DNA of 64,000 bases. It comes from Sedimentisphaeraceae bacterium JB056 (lineage in GTDB: Bacteria; Planctomycetota; Phycisphaerae; Sedimentisphaerales; Sedimentisphaeraceae). Every line of letters begins with the position of its first letter. Positions within the stretch are counted from its first letter, which is position 1. Of this stretch, positions 28,301-37,753 are shown piece by piece. The position numbers and the translations under genes are program-made. Under the pieces are notes generated by a model that ran no database searches, had not been told where the DNA came from, and saw only the letters and a list, made by a program, of their open reading frames with translations. Location: NCBI GenBank assembly GCA_044440125.1, contig JBITAJ010000015.1, positions 160,001 through 224,000 on the forward strand. Reading direction: 5' to 3'.

Positions 28301-28982
28301 TGCCGGTTATCGTGAACTTGATCAGAATGAACTTGATCGTTTTACAAATAATGAAGTCGCGAAGGTTAAAGCAGCCAGCTCTCTTGAGACATCGCTCCCA
28401 CGTGTAACGCAGGTTAATCCTTCTATCGGCAGCGAGTCACAGACGAAAGCTCTTATCGCTATAATCCTTTCTCTGTTTGCTATTATTGCTTACGTATGGG
28501 TTAGATTTGGCGATGTGGCGTTTGGTTTTGCGGCTATTGCGGCTCTTGTTCACGACGTTTGCATTACTCTTGGTCTTGTAGCAGTATGTACCTATATTGC
28601 CGGTACACCTATCGGTGATATGCTTGGTATCAGAGACTTTAAGATAAACCTTCAGATGATTGCGGCGTTCCTTACTATCATCGGTTATTCACTTAACGAT
28701 ACTATCGTTGTGTTCGACCGTATTCGTGAGAACAGGGGTAAGGACAGCAATATAACTGCTGCACTTATTACAAAGAGTATTAATCAGACATTGTCAAGAA
28801 CACTGCTTACATCATTCACTACTTTCGTTGTAGTGCTTGTAATGTATATTTGGGGTGGTATTGGACTTAGAGGTTTTACATTCGCGATGCTTGTTGGTAT
28901 CATAGTTGGTACTTACTCATCTATAGCGATTGCTTCTCCAATCCTTCTTATAGGCAGTGGAAAAAATAAAGAATCAAAGTAG
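25332..28982 (+). CDS. secDF: Fused protein translocase subunit SecDF with enlarged periplasmic domains
   Basis: GLDLAGG, TLPGIAG, GMAVDANVLIFERIREE, DANLTT, IEFTGG, GYSLNDTIVVFDRIRE and GTYSSIAIA motifs. Confidence 0.96.
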   Translation: MGTNQLWKKVLIAVMVLIAVMALFPLDKKLKPGLDLAGGTSLIYGIDTEGMEPKEIKGIASRMVPILMRRIDPTGVTNIVIRPQGDTRIEIQLPLASKDTRQKREDYQAAFDALESGNINLATVIKALSLEPDARAEAFEGFANNDEQRTILSDLAAAFDARKEAREQRDEYQAQMDELINKLSELKVNSRSLEYQVKRWADMSASELDKALTDYVKAGSEEAELDAEQKTKKDLLKQYVAAYGQWAETINKLADSLNSTYDDALAKINELNINVSTLAEMMETGRRNEYIESVKANFPDRAEKVDAFVAAYENYSDVRGRLDDPEDLKRMLKGAGVLEFRILPTVASGGISSDLANSYVADLSARGPKLSSDATYKWCEIEDPQAFGAGSAITGMFAEKYYVLTSNKPADTMLHNQGGKQWKLTKASPTSDNVGRRAISFQMNEIGAKMFFELTNSNIGNPLCILLDNKAISAPNVNDAIRSNGIITGKYGAIEQDDMVNKLNAGSLPARISEAPISEKTIGATIGEDYRDKGIKAGVIGLIIVAVFMIFYYRQSGLIANIALILNLLFILAIMAFSGATFTLPGIAGLILTIGMAVDANVLIFERIREEQESGCSLKMAVATGYSKAFSTIFDANLTTFITAMILYKVASEEIKGFAIVLMFGIISSMFTALFVTRVVFDWLIAKKIIKNQLGMFKLINSATFNWMGARKAFFTISSILIVCGMFIFFSRDNDKYDIEFTGGTSVQINFKEGVTMERSEVEAAIHQVGEKYSSSGLMAAKVYSIGESDSKYEINTTETNKSSIDVTFTSGGETAETVKTAVSGAASDTVKNIAVKVGQADNTFTVSTSQLSKSAMKSLMDKALEGKEYVLGQPKVDEIVNEAVLEAFSDVLQKQEDLGLTITSTGMITDDVADQAAELVEYLSGLKIECKLTNEIKASQLKERFKSLRFKPDMQEMAWYRYVILTEDYQPLADDAVVSGFTYISMHPDAGYRELDQNELDRFTNNEVAKVKAASSLETSLPRVTQVNPSIGSESQTKALIAIILSLFAIIAYVWVRFGDVAFGFAAIAALVHDVCITLGLVAVCTYIAGTPIGDMLGIRDFKINLQMIAAFLTIIGYSLNDTIVVFDRIRENRGKDSNITAALITKSINQTLSRTLLTSFTTFVVVLVMYIWGGIGLRGFTFAMLVGIIVGTYSSIAIASPILLIGSGKNKESK

Positions 28983-29070
28983 AACAAGGAGTTATCAGAT
29001 CGAATGCTAATGAAAATCAAATTCGTATCAATACATATAGCTATGACCTTTTGCATTGAAAGGGGAGTTG

Positions 29071-29580
29071 ATGCGTAAAGATTTTAAATTCGGTTTGATG
29101 GCAGGCTCATTTTTTGCCGCAGTATTTCTTGTTTTCTACTTGTTTACAGGTAAAAACAACAGCCCGGTTCAGGAAGATCCTGACCGGGCTGTTTCCCGTT
29201 TAGAGTCAGATTCCCAGACAGTTAATCAAACACAAAATATTTCACCAGTTGTACCTTTGAGGACACAGGAACACGGCTATTTGCCTGAAGGCCAGAGCGA
29301 TTTTATTGAAAGGCTTGAAAAACAGGCAAAAGAAACATCACGGCCGCAGATTGAGAATATTGAAACAGCAAAAACTGAAGTCAAAGTTGAAAGCAAACCA
29401 GTACAAAAGTCCAATGAGGTTCGCACCTACACTGTGGTTTCCGGTGACACACTTTCCGGTATCTCGAAGCGATTCTACGGAACAACATCAAAATGGCAGA
29501 AAATACTTGAAGCCAACCGCTCAACTTTGAAAAATCCGGCAGGTTTGAAGCCGGGTATGGAATTGATAATCCCTGAATGA
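29071..29580 (+). CDS. Membrane-anchored LysM peptidoglycan-binding protein
   Basis: N-terminal TM helix; C-terminal YTVVSGDTLSGISKRFYG...KILEAN...LKPGMELIIP; ATG 29071 has a GGGGAG RBS. Confidence 0.92.
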   Translation: MRKDFKFGLMAGSFFAAVFLVFYLFTGKNNSPVQEDPDRAVSRLESDSQTVNQTQNISPVVPLRTQEHGYLPEGQSDFIERLEKQAKETSRPQIENIETAKTEVKVESKPVQKSNEVRTYTVVSGDTLSGISKRFYGTTSKWQKILEANRSTLKNPAGLKPGMELIIPE

Positions 29581-29767
29581 CGATAATTTAACGATAATTA
29601 AGACTGATTGAGTATCAATTTAATTTATTTCAGTGTTATTGACGTCCATTGCACATGCAAAGCTTTGAAATTAAGCTTAAAACATGTATAATCCATCATG
29701 CTTACCCCAGAGATATCTGTTTTAACGGATATGAACTGATTTAGTATTTTATTTAGGTGGTTATAAG

Positions 29768-31879
29768 ATGACTTTGTATGGATTGCATATCGTTGATTTT
29801 ATTATTGTAGTGGTTTATCTGGGCGCAATGATGTGGATAGGTAAGCTGCTTGCCAAATCAATTCACGACCAGGGTGACTTTTATCTTGCGGGCAGAAAGC
29901 TCGGAAAAGCCTTTCAATTTTTCCTCAATTTCGGTCAGATGACCGACGGCAATGGGGCCGCGAGTATCGCGACTATCATATTCAAGCAGGGTGTCGGCGG
30001 CGTATGGCTGGCTATGCAGACACTTTTTATGACTCCTTACTACTGGTTTATGAACAAGTGGTTTCGCAGGGTGAGGCTCATCACGGTAGGTGATTTGTTT
30101 GAGGACAGGTTTGGCGGTCGTTCGCTGGCTGCGATGTTTGCGGGGTTCAACGTGTTCTTTGCACTTATGTTCATCGCACTTGGTTACATTGTCTCTTTCC
30201 GTACTATGGAGGCATTGATGGTTAAGCCTGAGACTGAATATACCGCCGAAGAAAAACAGATGGTCGATAATTACTTCGAATATGTCGAGCTTCAGACTCA
30301 GTACCAAAACGGTACCCTTGTTCCTTCAATGACTTCCAGATATGAAACCCTTAAGAATCTTTCAGAACAGAATGAGATCAAAAGCTACGTTTCATATGTC
30401 AAACCACTGAGTTTTTATGCTATATATGGCATTATAGTAGGTGCTTACGTTATACTTGGTGGTTTCGGGGCTGCGGTTGTAACAGATGCTATACAGGCGA
30501 TTTTGATCATTGTATTTTCGTTTATATTGATACCATTCGGACTCGTCAAGATAGGTGGTTTCAGTGGGCTTCATGAAAATGTTCCTGATTACATGTTCCG
30601 GCTTTTCGGTTCTCAGGCAGTGAGTGAATACACTTGGTATTCTTTCCTTGCGATTCTATTCGTGAGTATGGTTCAGATACATGCAATGTCGGGTAATATG
30701 GCTATAGCCGGTTCGGCTAAGAATGAGCTTGCCGCCAGAATGGGAGCGGTAACCGGTGGTTTTGGAAAGCGTTTCATGATCATTTGCTGGAGCCTTTGCG
30801 GTCTTATTGCGGTAGGTTTGCTTGGTGATAAGCTCAGCAATCCGGAGAATGCCTGGGGTGCTCTCACAAAAGAGCTGCTTGGCCCTGGTGCTATAGGGTT
30901 GATGCTTGCAGGTATTCTTGCGGCCAACATGTCTTCCCTCGATGCTTTCTCTGTGAATATGTCAGCATTGTTTGTAAGAAATCTTTACGCTCCTATTTAC
31001 CCGGGAAAGAGCGAGAAACACTATGTGATCGTTGGAAGGCTGGCAATCGCGTTCTTCCTTGTGGCCGGTATATTTCTGGCTATGCGTGTGCATGGTATTG
31101 TCAGTTTGCTTAAGTATATGCTTGTAATGAACGTGACTTTTGGAGCTCCTATTTACCTGCTGTTTGTTTGGCGAAGAATCACTAAAAAGGCTGTTATCTG
31201 GCAGGTTATCATTACTTTCATCGTGATAATACTGCTGCCGTTCGTGGGATCTTTTCTGCCTGCCATAAGCCAAAATCAGGCACTGGCGATACAGACCAAC
31301 GAGAAGGTCATAATGATCGAGGCAAGAGCGACTGCGGCGGATGTAGAGGAAGGTCTTGCACAAGAGACCGGCCAGCTTATTGAGAAGACGCGTGTTATCG
31401 AGCCGGTTGGAGCTTTCTTTGAGACAGTGACAAGAATTGATCCTGAAAACCCTGATTCAAAGATGAAGGGAAGCGGACTTTTCTATCCTGAGATATATTT
31501 CCTGAAATTGATTGGTGTTAATGTACGTGATTTCACGCCTCCTATGCTGCTTACGGCAAGATTTGTTTTTGACGGTGCTTTCCCATTCTTACTGCTGTTT
31601 ATATTCAGTTGGATGACCAAGCAGCGAGACAAAGAGATTGTCGATAAGTTTTATGCGAAGATGAAGACAAAGGTGCTTGATGATCCGGCTGAGGATGAGA
31701 AAGAACTGTTCAAAAACATGAACGATCCGGCTCTGGTCGAACATCACAAACTCTTACCGGGCAGTAATTGGGAATTTCTCAAATGGGATAAGGAAGATAC
31801 TGTCGGTTTCCTTCTAAGTTGTCTTGCTGTAGTTGTAATACTCGCTATATTCTTTATTGTATTGAACATAGGAAGTTAA
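29768..31879 (+). CDS. Sodium:solute symporter (SSS) family transporter
   Basis: DFYLAGRKLG, GGFGAAVVTDAIQ and LAANMSSLD motifs; many TM helices. Confidence 0.92.
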   Translation: MTLYGLHIVDFIIVVVYLGAMMWIGKLLAKSIHDQGDFYLAGRKLGKAFQFFLNFGQMTDGNGAASIATIIFKQGVGGVWLAMQTLFMTPYYWFMNKWFRRVRLITVGDLFEDRFGGRSLAAMFAGFNVFFALMFIALGYIVSFRTMEALMVKPETEYTAEEKQMVDNYFEYVELQTQYQNGTLVPSMTSRYETLKNLSEQNEIKSYVSYVKPLSFYAIYGIIVGAYVILGGFGAAVVTDAIQAILIIVFSFILIPFGLVKIGGFSGLHENVPDYMFRLFGSQAVSEYTWYSFLAILFVSMVQIHAMSGNMAIAGSAKNELAARMGAVTGGFGKRFMIICWSLCGLIAVGLLGDKLSNPENAWGALTKELLGPGAIGLMLAGILAANMSSLDAFSVNMSALFVRNLYAPIYPGKSEKHYVIVGRLAIAFFLVAGIFLAMRVHGIVSLLKYMLVMNVTFGAPIYLLFVWRRITKKAVIWQVIITFIVIILLPFVGSFLPAISQNQALAIQTNEKVIMIEARATAADVEEGLAQETGQLIEKTRVIEPVGAFFETVTRIDPENPDSKMKGSGLFYPEIYFLKLIGVNVRDFTPPMLLTARFVFDGAFPFLLLFIFSWMTKQRDKEIVDKFYAKMKTKVLDDPAEDEKELFKNMNDPALVEHHKLLPGSNWEFLKWDKEDTVGFLLSCLAVVVILAIFFIVLNIGS

Positions 31880-31907
31880 TCTTGCTATAGTTATTAATAC
31901 TTACTTG

Positions 31908-31956
31908 ATGGCTTGGGCTTTTAATATATGTTTTTAGAAGCTCAAGCCATTTTTTT
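31908..31956 (+). terminator. Intrinsic terminator
   Basis: ATGGCTTGGGCTT / AAGCTCAAGCCAT stem plus T run. Confidence 0.8.
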
Positions 31957-32131
31957 GTGTATAGAGTAGAATTACTGTTAAATTTATTTAGAATCTTATC
32001 AGCAGGGGCGTTTTTTCTTGATGCCAAGTAGAATTACAGATAAATCACTTGAAAAAGGCTCTTCTATAGCTAAAATCTATATGCTGTTATTATGTCTAAA
32101 TATTACATATTAAGAGGTTAGCAATAATATT

Positions 32132-33952
32132 ATGAATTTGAGATCTTTAACTTATTTATTGGGGCTGGGCCTTGTGCTTGGTCTTGTAGCAGGCTGTTCA
32201 GAATCACCTGAGGCCAAGGCGGCGAAAGAAGCTCGACAGCAGGCACAGAAGGCTGCTGCAATCGTTGAGGATTATAAGCTTAATGAAGGCTATGACTATT
32301 CTGCTGCTAAGCAAGAGGTTGATAAAGCTCTCGCAATGGCAAATAGAGCCGGTGGTCAGGCTGATAGTGTTTATTTCGCAAGTGCCGATTTGACTTCAAC
32401 TTACGCCTCTAAATTACAGGGCGTTGTGAGTGACAGCGAGGAAGAAGTTGCTGAGAAACTGCAGAAATGTATTCAAATCGCCAGAAGACTTTCCGACTGC
32501 CAAGCTCAGTTAAGCTCAATAGAAATGCTTATGGACAGCGGTGAGCAGGAAGCTAAGTCGTTAAAGACGCTTCTTTACAGTGAAAAAGAGGGCATTGAGG
32601 CTAAACTTGCGGAGAACAAGGAAAAGCTTGAGGGGCTTCTCGCTCAGTTGAATTCATACAAAAAAGTAGCAGAGACAGCCAAGGCGTCAGCAGATTCTAT
32701 ACAGCTTAAAGCTGACAAGATGCTCCGTCAGGCTGAATTACTTGAAGGTGAGGCGCGTATAGAGCTCGAAAGAGATGCCTATTCCCTCCTAAAAGGAAAA
32801 GACAGCAACAATAGTGTGTTTTACTATCAGAAAGCATTGCAGGATAACCTCGACAAGGCAGAATCAGTACAGGTATTGATAAATACTGTTAAGCCGCTTA
32901 TTCCCAAGCTTCAATCTGATATAGAATATGTTGCTAAGAGAATAAGTGAGCTGGACAAACAGGATCAGACATACGATTTTACCGGTCAGCTTGCATCGCT
33001 GAAATCTCAGTATGATGAGATAATGTCTGCGCTTGAAGCAAAGATTGCAGATTTTAATGAAGCATTCTCTAATTACAGTAATGATGTTGCAAGTCAGATC
33101 GAACTTTACGCAGAAGCACAAGCTAATTATGCGAAGGTTAAAAGTGAAGGTTTGCGTCAGAATGCACAGTTGAGGATGGCTGACTGTGATAAAGCTATTG
33201 CAGGAATAAGTGCCAGTACATATGAGTTTGTAAAGCGAGTTTCTACTTCATCTGAGATCATGACACAACTCAAGCTTGATCAGGCTGGCGATAAGGTAAA
33301 GGCTGTAAGTGAAGAGCTTTCGAGCCTTGCTTCAGATTATGCTGCTAAGACTCAACAGGCATTTGAGAGTGCCTTCCAAAAGTATGAGGATGTTATAGAT
33401 CGTTATTCAAGCGGTGAATTTGCTGATGTAGCTGTCAGAAACTATATGACTGCTATATACCAAAGGCTTAATTTTACTGCTATTGAAGACGATTTAGATG
33501 CTACAAAGCAAAAATTACTCGACAAAGTTGAGCAGATCAAGGAGATTTCTATCCAGGCAGATTCTTCTTTTGGAAATTCTAAAGTTGCAGGTCTCTTCAG
33601 TAAATACGGCATTGAATTCAAGACAGCCGAGCAAAGACTTCAGGAAGAATATCTTGATCTGAAAGTTAAGTTTAGTGCGGTTCAGAATTCCGGCAGTCAG
33701 CAGAGGCAAGATCAGATGCGTTCTTTGTTGAAAGATTTCAATTCTCTTGAAAAACCAGAAGACGAACAATTTTATAATGATCTCGTAAAGTATATCTACG
33801 AGTTATTGCGTGAGGATTGGGTTGCTATCTATGAGATGCTTCCTGAAAACGCAGAACTTGATGTTTTCAGTCAGTATCTTGCTCAGGATACAGCTCCTGA
33901 AGAGTCTTACGATACAGAGGCTGAGAGCGACAGCAACGACCCTAACTCTTGA
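32132..33952 (+). CDS. Large alpha-helical/coiled-coil lipoprotein of unknown function
   Basis: Lipobox LVAGC after a hydrophobic signal; extended heptad-rich sequence; acidic tail. Confidence 0.8.
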   Translation: MNLRSLTYLLGLGLVLGLVAGCSESPEAKAAKEARQQAQKAAAIVEDYKLNEGYDYSAAKQEVDKALAMANRAGGQADSVYFASADLTSTYASKLQGVVSDSEEEVAEKLQKCIQIARRLSDCQAQLSSIEMLMDSGEQEAKSLKTLLYSEKEGIEAKLAENKEKLEGLLAQLNSYKKVAETAKASADSIQLKADKMLRQAELLEGEARIELERDAYSLLKGKDSNNSVFYYQKALQDNLDKAESVQVLINTVKPLIPKLQSDIEYVAKRISELDKQDQTYDFTGQLASLKSQYDEIMSALEAKIADFNEAFSNYSNDVASQIELYAEAQANYAKVKSEGLRQNAQLRMADCDKAIAGISASTYEFVKRVSTSSEIMTQLKLDQAGDKVKAVSEELSSLASDYAAKTQQAFESAFQKYEDVIDRYSSGEFADVAVRNYMTAIYQRLNFTAIEDDLDATKQKLLDKVEQIKEISIQADSSFGNSKVAGLFSKYGIEFKTAEQRLQEEYLDLKVKFSAVQNSGSQQRQDQMRSLLKDFNSLEKPEDEQFYNDLVKYIYELLREDWVAIYEMLPENAELDVFSQYLAQDTAPEESYDTEAESDSNDPNS

Positions 33953-33986
33953 TTTATTACCAAGTGTTAGTTAAATATGTTATAAA

Positions 33987-34021
33987 CGGCCGTGGTGTGA
34001 AATATCGCCACGGCTGATTTT
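33987..34021 (+). terminator. Probable intrinsic terminator
   Basis: CGGCCGTGGTG / CGCCACGGCTG stem followed by ATTTT. Confidence 0.6.
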
Positions 34022-34071
34022 GATTTAATACCATAATTGTGGATAAAATACATCCGGAGATATGAAAAGAA

Positions 34072-35766
34072 ATGAGTGAAATAATATCAACAATAGATGT
34101 TCATCATCTAAATGTTATACTGATGATGGGTATTGTAATATTTGGTGGAATTATTGGAGCAAAGCTTTTCCAGAAGCTTCATATTCCACAGGTTATTGGA
34201 TACATTGTTATTGGCCTGATTATCGGTGAAAGTGGATTCAGGCTGGTTGGAGCTGATACGATAAAGACTCTTGAACCCTTGAATTATTTCGCTCTTGGTA
34301 TAATTGGATTCATGATAGGCGGTGAGCTTAAGAGTGAATTATTTAAGAAATACGGCAAGCAGTTTACCGCTATACTTATTGGCGAGGGAGTGCTTGCCTT
34401 TGTTATTGTGGGGTGTGTTTCGACCGGTGTTGCTTATCTTTTCACTAAGGATGCAAAACTTTCTGTTGCTCTCGGCGTTGTTCTCGGTGCGATATCTTCG
34501 GCGACTGATCCTGCATCAACTATTCAGGTAATGTGGGAATACAAAACCCGCGGCGTGCTTACCACGGCTGCAACGGCTATTGTTGCACTTGATGATGCTC
34601 TGGCTCTGACACTTTATGGAATAGGTACAAGCGTAGCCGGTATACTGACTGGCGGTGGTGAGGGCGGAATAATGGCATCTCTTGGTCATGCTGCTTATGA
34701 GCTGCTTGGAGCTTTGGTACTTGGAGTTATAAGCGGTTTCATTCTTGATATTATTCTTAAAAAGATTGATGATAACGACAGTGTTCTCGCATTTGCTCTT
34801 GGTATAATACTTTTGACTATTGGTATCAGTGTAGCACTTAAGCTTGATGTGATACTTTCTTCAATGGCTGTCGGACTTACGCTTGTTAACGTTGCGCCAC
34901 GTGCCAGTGTCCGTACTTTTGATCTTGTGAAAAAGGCTACGCCGCCGATTTATATACTATTCTTTGTTTTTGTGGGTGCGGGTATAAAGATAAGCAACTT
35001 GTCTATGCTTGCATGGGTTCTTGTTATAATATATGTAATAGGAAGAAGTGTAGGTAAGATGTGCGGAGCTTCTATTGGTGCTAAGGTCTCGGGAGCGGCC
35101 TCTTCTGTTAAGAAATATCTTGGGCTTTGTCTGTTTGCTCAGGGCGGTGTTGCTGTAGGTTTGAGTATTGTGGCGAGTCATAAGTTTGCAGACCAGCCTC
35201 AGATTGCACAGCTAATTGTAATTGTTGTAACTACCACAACGCTTATTGTTCAGTTTCTCGGTCCTTCAGCAGTAAAGATTGCGGTTAAGAAAGCCGGCGA
35301 AATTAACATGAACATTACTGATGAAGACCTCATAAAGACACTCAAGGTTAGTGATGTTATGGAGACCGAACCTACTGTAATAAAACAGGATGATACATTA
35401 AAGAACGTTCTCGACATATTTGGTCAGACTGACAGTCTTTTTTATCCTGTGGTTGACCGAGCGAAAAAACTTATAGGTGTTATTACTATTGAAGGTATAA
35501 AAGAGACATTTAAGTATCAGGATTCTGCACACTGGCTGCTTGCCTGTGATGTAATGCTGCCTGTTATGGATCGTCTGCTTCCTAATGAACCTCTTGAGGA
35601 GGCGATAAGACATATGCGGACTTACAATAGTGATTATGCCTGTATTGTTGATGACGAAGACAAAATGATTGGATTGTTCAATCTTCCGGCTGTTAACAGA
35701 AGGATAAGTGCAGAAGTTCTTGCAAGGCGTGAGCAGACAGATGCTTTTGCTAATGACATTGATTAA
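34072..35766 (+). CDS. Cation:proton antiporter (CPA) with a C-terminal CBS pair
   Basis: IPQVIGYI, SATDPAST, ALDDA, RSVGK and AQGGVAVGL motifs; two CBS repeats (VSDVM, YPVVD, GVIT). Confidence 0.92.
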   Translation: MSEIISTIDVHHLNVILMMGIVIFGGIIGAKLFQKLHIPQVIGYIVIGLIIGESGFRLVGADTIKTLEPLNYFALGIIGFMIGGELKSELFKKYGKQFTAILIGEGVLAFVIVGCVSTGVAYLFTKDAKLSVALGVVLGAISSATDPASTIQVMWEYKTRGVLTTAATAIVALDDALALTLYGIGTSVAGILTGGGEGGIMASLGHAAYELLGALVLGVISGFILDIILKKIDDNDSVLAFALGIILLTIGISVALKLDVILSSMAVGLTLVNVAPRASVRTFDLVKKATPPIYILFFVFVGAGIKISNLSMLAWVLVIIYVIGRSVGKMCGASIGAKVSGAASSVKKYLGLCLFAQGGVAVGLSIVASHKFADQPQIAQLIVIVVTTTTLIVQFLGPSAVKIAVKKAGEINMNITDEDLIKTLKVSDVMETEPTVIKQDDTLKNVLDIFGQTDSLFYPVVDRAKKLIGVITIEGIKETFKYQDSAHWLLACDVMLPVMDRLLPNEPLEEAIRHMRTYNSDYACIVDDEDKMIGLFNLPAVNRRISAEVLARREQTDAFANDID

Positions 35767-35795
35767 TTTGATTGAAATCATTTGGAGGCAATGAT

Positions 35796-36722
35796 ATGCA
35801 GAATACAAAACGTTTGTTTTTAAGTAGAATTGTGATGGCTGTGGCTGCTTGCATTTTACTTTTTGCAGCCGCTACAAAATATCTGATGATTATGGGCGAG
35901 CCGATTCTCTCTAAAAGTTTCTGGCAGTCGAGAGAATTTTACATAATACATGTTTTTCTGACTACAGGGCTTGGAATCTGGCTTTTATGCGGTCTCTTTA
36001 AGAAGGCGGCATGGCTGTTGTCGATTTTGGCTTTCAGCGTCTTTATTCTTGACAATATATATAAAATAGTTGTAGGATCGGCATCATGCGGTTGTTTCGG
36101 CAGAGTAGAAGTCAATCCATGGATAACAATGACCGTGATCAATATACCTCTACTGCTGTTATTGATATATTTCAGGCCTGTTGGATTGAAGTTGTTTCCT
36201 CCTCCGTGGCCGTCAGCAGATCATTTCTTTGGTACTGCAATACCGACTTTTCTTCTTCTTGGCCTTATGGTATTTACCTCTGTAAGCTATATTCCTCCAG
36301 AAAAAACGCAGGACTATGAAGTTATTGACCATCAGGCGTGGATAGGCAGTGAGTTTGAGATGCTTGATCAGATAGATGTTGCAGACTCCCTACGGGATGG
36401 ATTATGTGTGATTTTATTTTATCATAATAATTGTCCTAATTGCCGTGAGGCGATACCTGTATACAGTGAAATGTATGATGCAATGTCTGCTTTTGGCGAT
36501 CAAACTAAATTTGCTTTTATAGAGATGCCGCCTTACGGGGATGCCTCTGAGAGTCCGATACCTGATGATACGAGTTGTATTGTCGGAAGACTCGATGATA
36601 CTAAGAAATGGCTTGCTGCAACACCTTTGCTTGTTGTTACTGAGAACGGTATTGTCCTTAAGTCGTGGGAAGCTGAGGTTCCTATGGATTTTGACGCATT
36701 GATGGAAAGTGTGTTTGAATAA
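35796..36722 (+). CDS. MauE/DoxX-like membrane protein fused to a thioredoxin-like domain
   Basis: SCGCFG motif within the TM region; C-terminal FYHNNCPNC and TP motifs; GGAGG RBS before ATG 35796. Confidence 0.75.
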   Translation: MQNTKRLFLSRIVMAVAACILLFAAATKYLMIMGEPILSKSFWQSREFYIIHVFLTTGLGIWLLCGLFKKAAWLLSILAFSVFILDNIYKIVVGSASCGCFGRVEVNPWITMTVINIPLLLLLIYFRPVGLKLFPPPWPSADHFFGTAIPTFLLLGLMVFTSVSYIPPEKTQDYEVIDHQAWIGSEFEMLDQIDVADSLRDGLCVILFYHNNCPNCREAIPVYSEMYDAMSAFGDQTKFAFIEMPPYGDASESPIPDDTSCIVGRLDDTKKWLAATPLLVVTENGIVLKSWEAEVPMDFDALMESVFE

Positions 36723-36821
36723 TAAGTTAAATATGCTATAATACCGCCGATATTTTGTAACTTAATACTATACTGGATTTTATATAAACACGGGGTTGTT
36801 TGATATCCTGCTACAAAAGAG

Positions 36822-37667
36822 ATGCCGAGCCATAGACTAAAACAGATAGAGACTGAGTATTTCAGTGTAAAGGGTTATTCCGTTGCGGGCGAGGAGACAG
36901 TCATTGCTCTTCCGGAGCTTGATGTCTGCTTTGATATTGGTAAGGCTCCAGATCAAGTTATTAATATCAACAATATATTGCTTAGCCACGGTCATATTGA
37001 TCATGCCGCAGGGCTGGCGTACTATCTTTCTCATCGCGTATTTTGTGGTCAGCAACCGGGTACAATTTATCTTCCTGAAGGTATAGTTGATCCTGTTAAA
37101 CAAATAATAGATGCATGGGGTGTGCTTGACGGCAGCAGAATACGTGCAGAGATAATACCAGTTAAAGATGGCGATGATTTTATGCTCCGCCGCGACTTGA
37201 AACTGAAAGTATTTGATACCAATCACAACCGTAATTCTGTTGGATACACGTTGGTTGAAGTTCGCAAGAAGCTTAAATCTGAATATTACGGCAAAACTGG
37301 AAGAGAGCTCAAAGAGCTTAAGTCGCAGGGGATTGATATCGAATATATGATTGAAATTCCGATTGTAACATACACAGGTGATACTTGTTGTTGCGATTAT
37401 TCATATCTTGATTATGTTAAGAATAGTAAAGTACTTATAATTGAATGTACTTTTTTCGAGCAGGATCATATTGACAGGGCAAAAGCAGGTAAGCATATTC
37501 ATATCAATAATCTTGCTGATGTACTTACAAAGCTCAATAATGAGCAGATTATATTGACGCATTTGTCTCAGAGGACGCATATCAAAGACGCCAAGGTGCT
37601 TCTTTCAAAGAAATTGCCGCCTGAGATTATGTCAAAGATAACCATCCTAATGGGGTATAATAGATAA
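36822..37667 (+). CDS. Metallo-beta-lactamase-fold nuclease, Thermotoga/plant (TM)-type RNase Z-like
   Basis: KGYSVAG, HGHIDH, KLKSEY..GRELKELK arm, YTGDT, ECTF, HIH and THLSQR. Confidence 0.8.
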   Translation: MPSHRLKQIETEYFSVKGYSVAGEETVIALPELDVCFDIGKAPDQVININNILLSHGHIDHAAGLAYYLSHRVFCGQQPGTIYLPEGIVDPVKQIIDAWGVLDGSRIRAEIIPVKDGDDFMLRRDLKLKVFDTNHNRNSVGYTLVEVRKKLKSEYYGKTGRELKELKSQGIDIEYMIEIPIVTYTGDTCCCDYSYLDYVKNSKVLIIECTFFEQDHIDRAKAGKHIHINNLADVLTKLNNEQIILTHLSQRTHIKDAKVLLSKKLPPEIMSKITILMGYNR

Positions 37668-37730
37668 TTAGTAATTGAAGCTGCTGGCTAAGATCAATCA
37701 TTTCCATTATTCTATAAAATTTTCAAAACA

Positions 37731-37753
37731 GGGAATGTTTATTAGAACATTCC
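37731..37753. repeat. Degenerate copy of the hairpin at 38945-38967
   Basis: GGGAATGTTTATTAGAACATTCC versus GGGAATGTTTATTGAAACATTCC: 21 of 23 identical. Confidence 0.85.
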
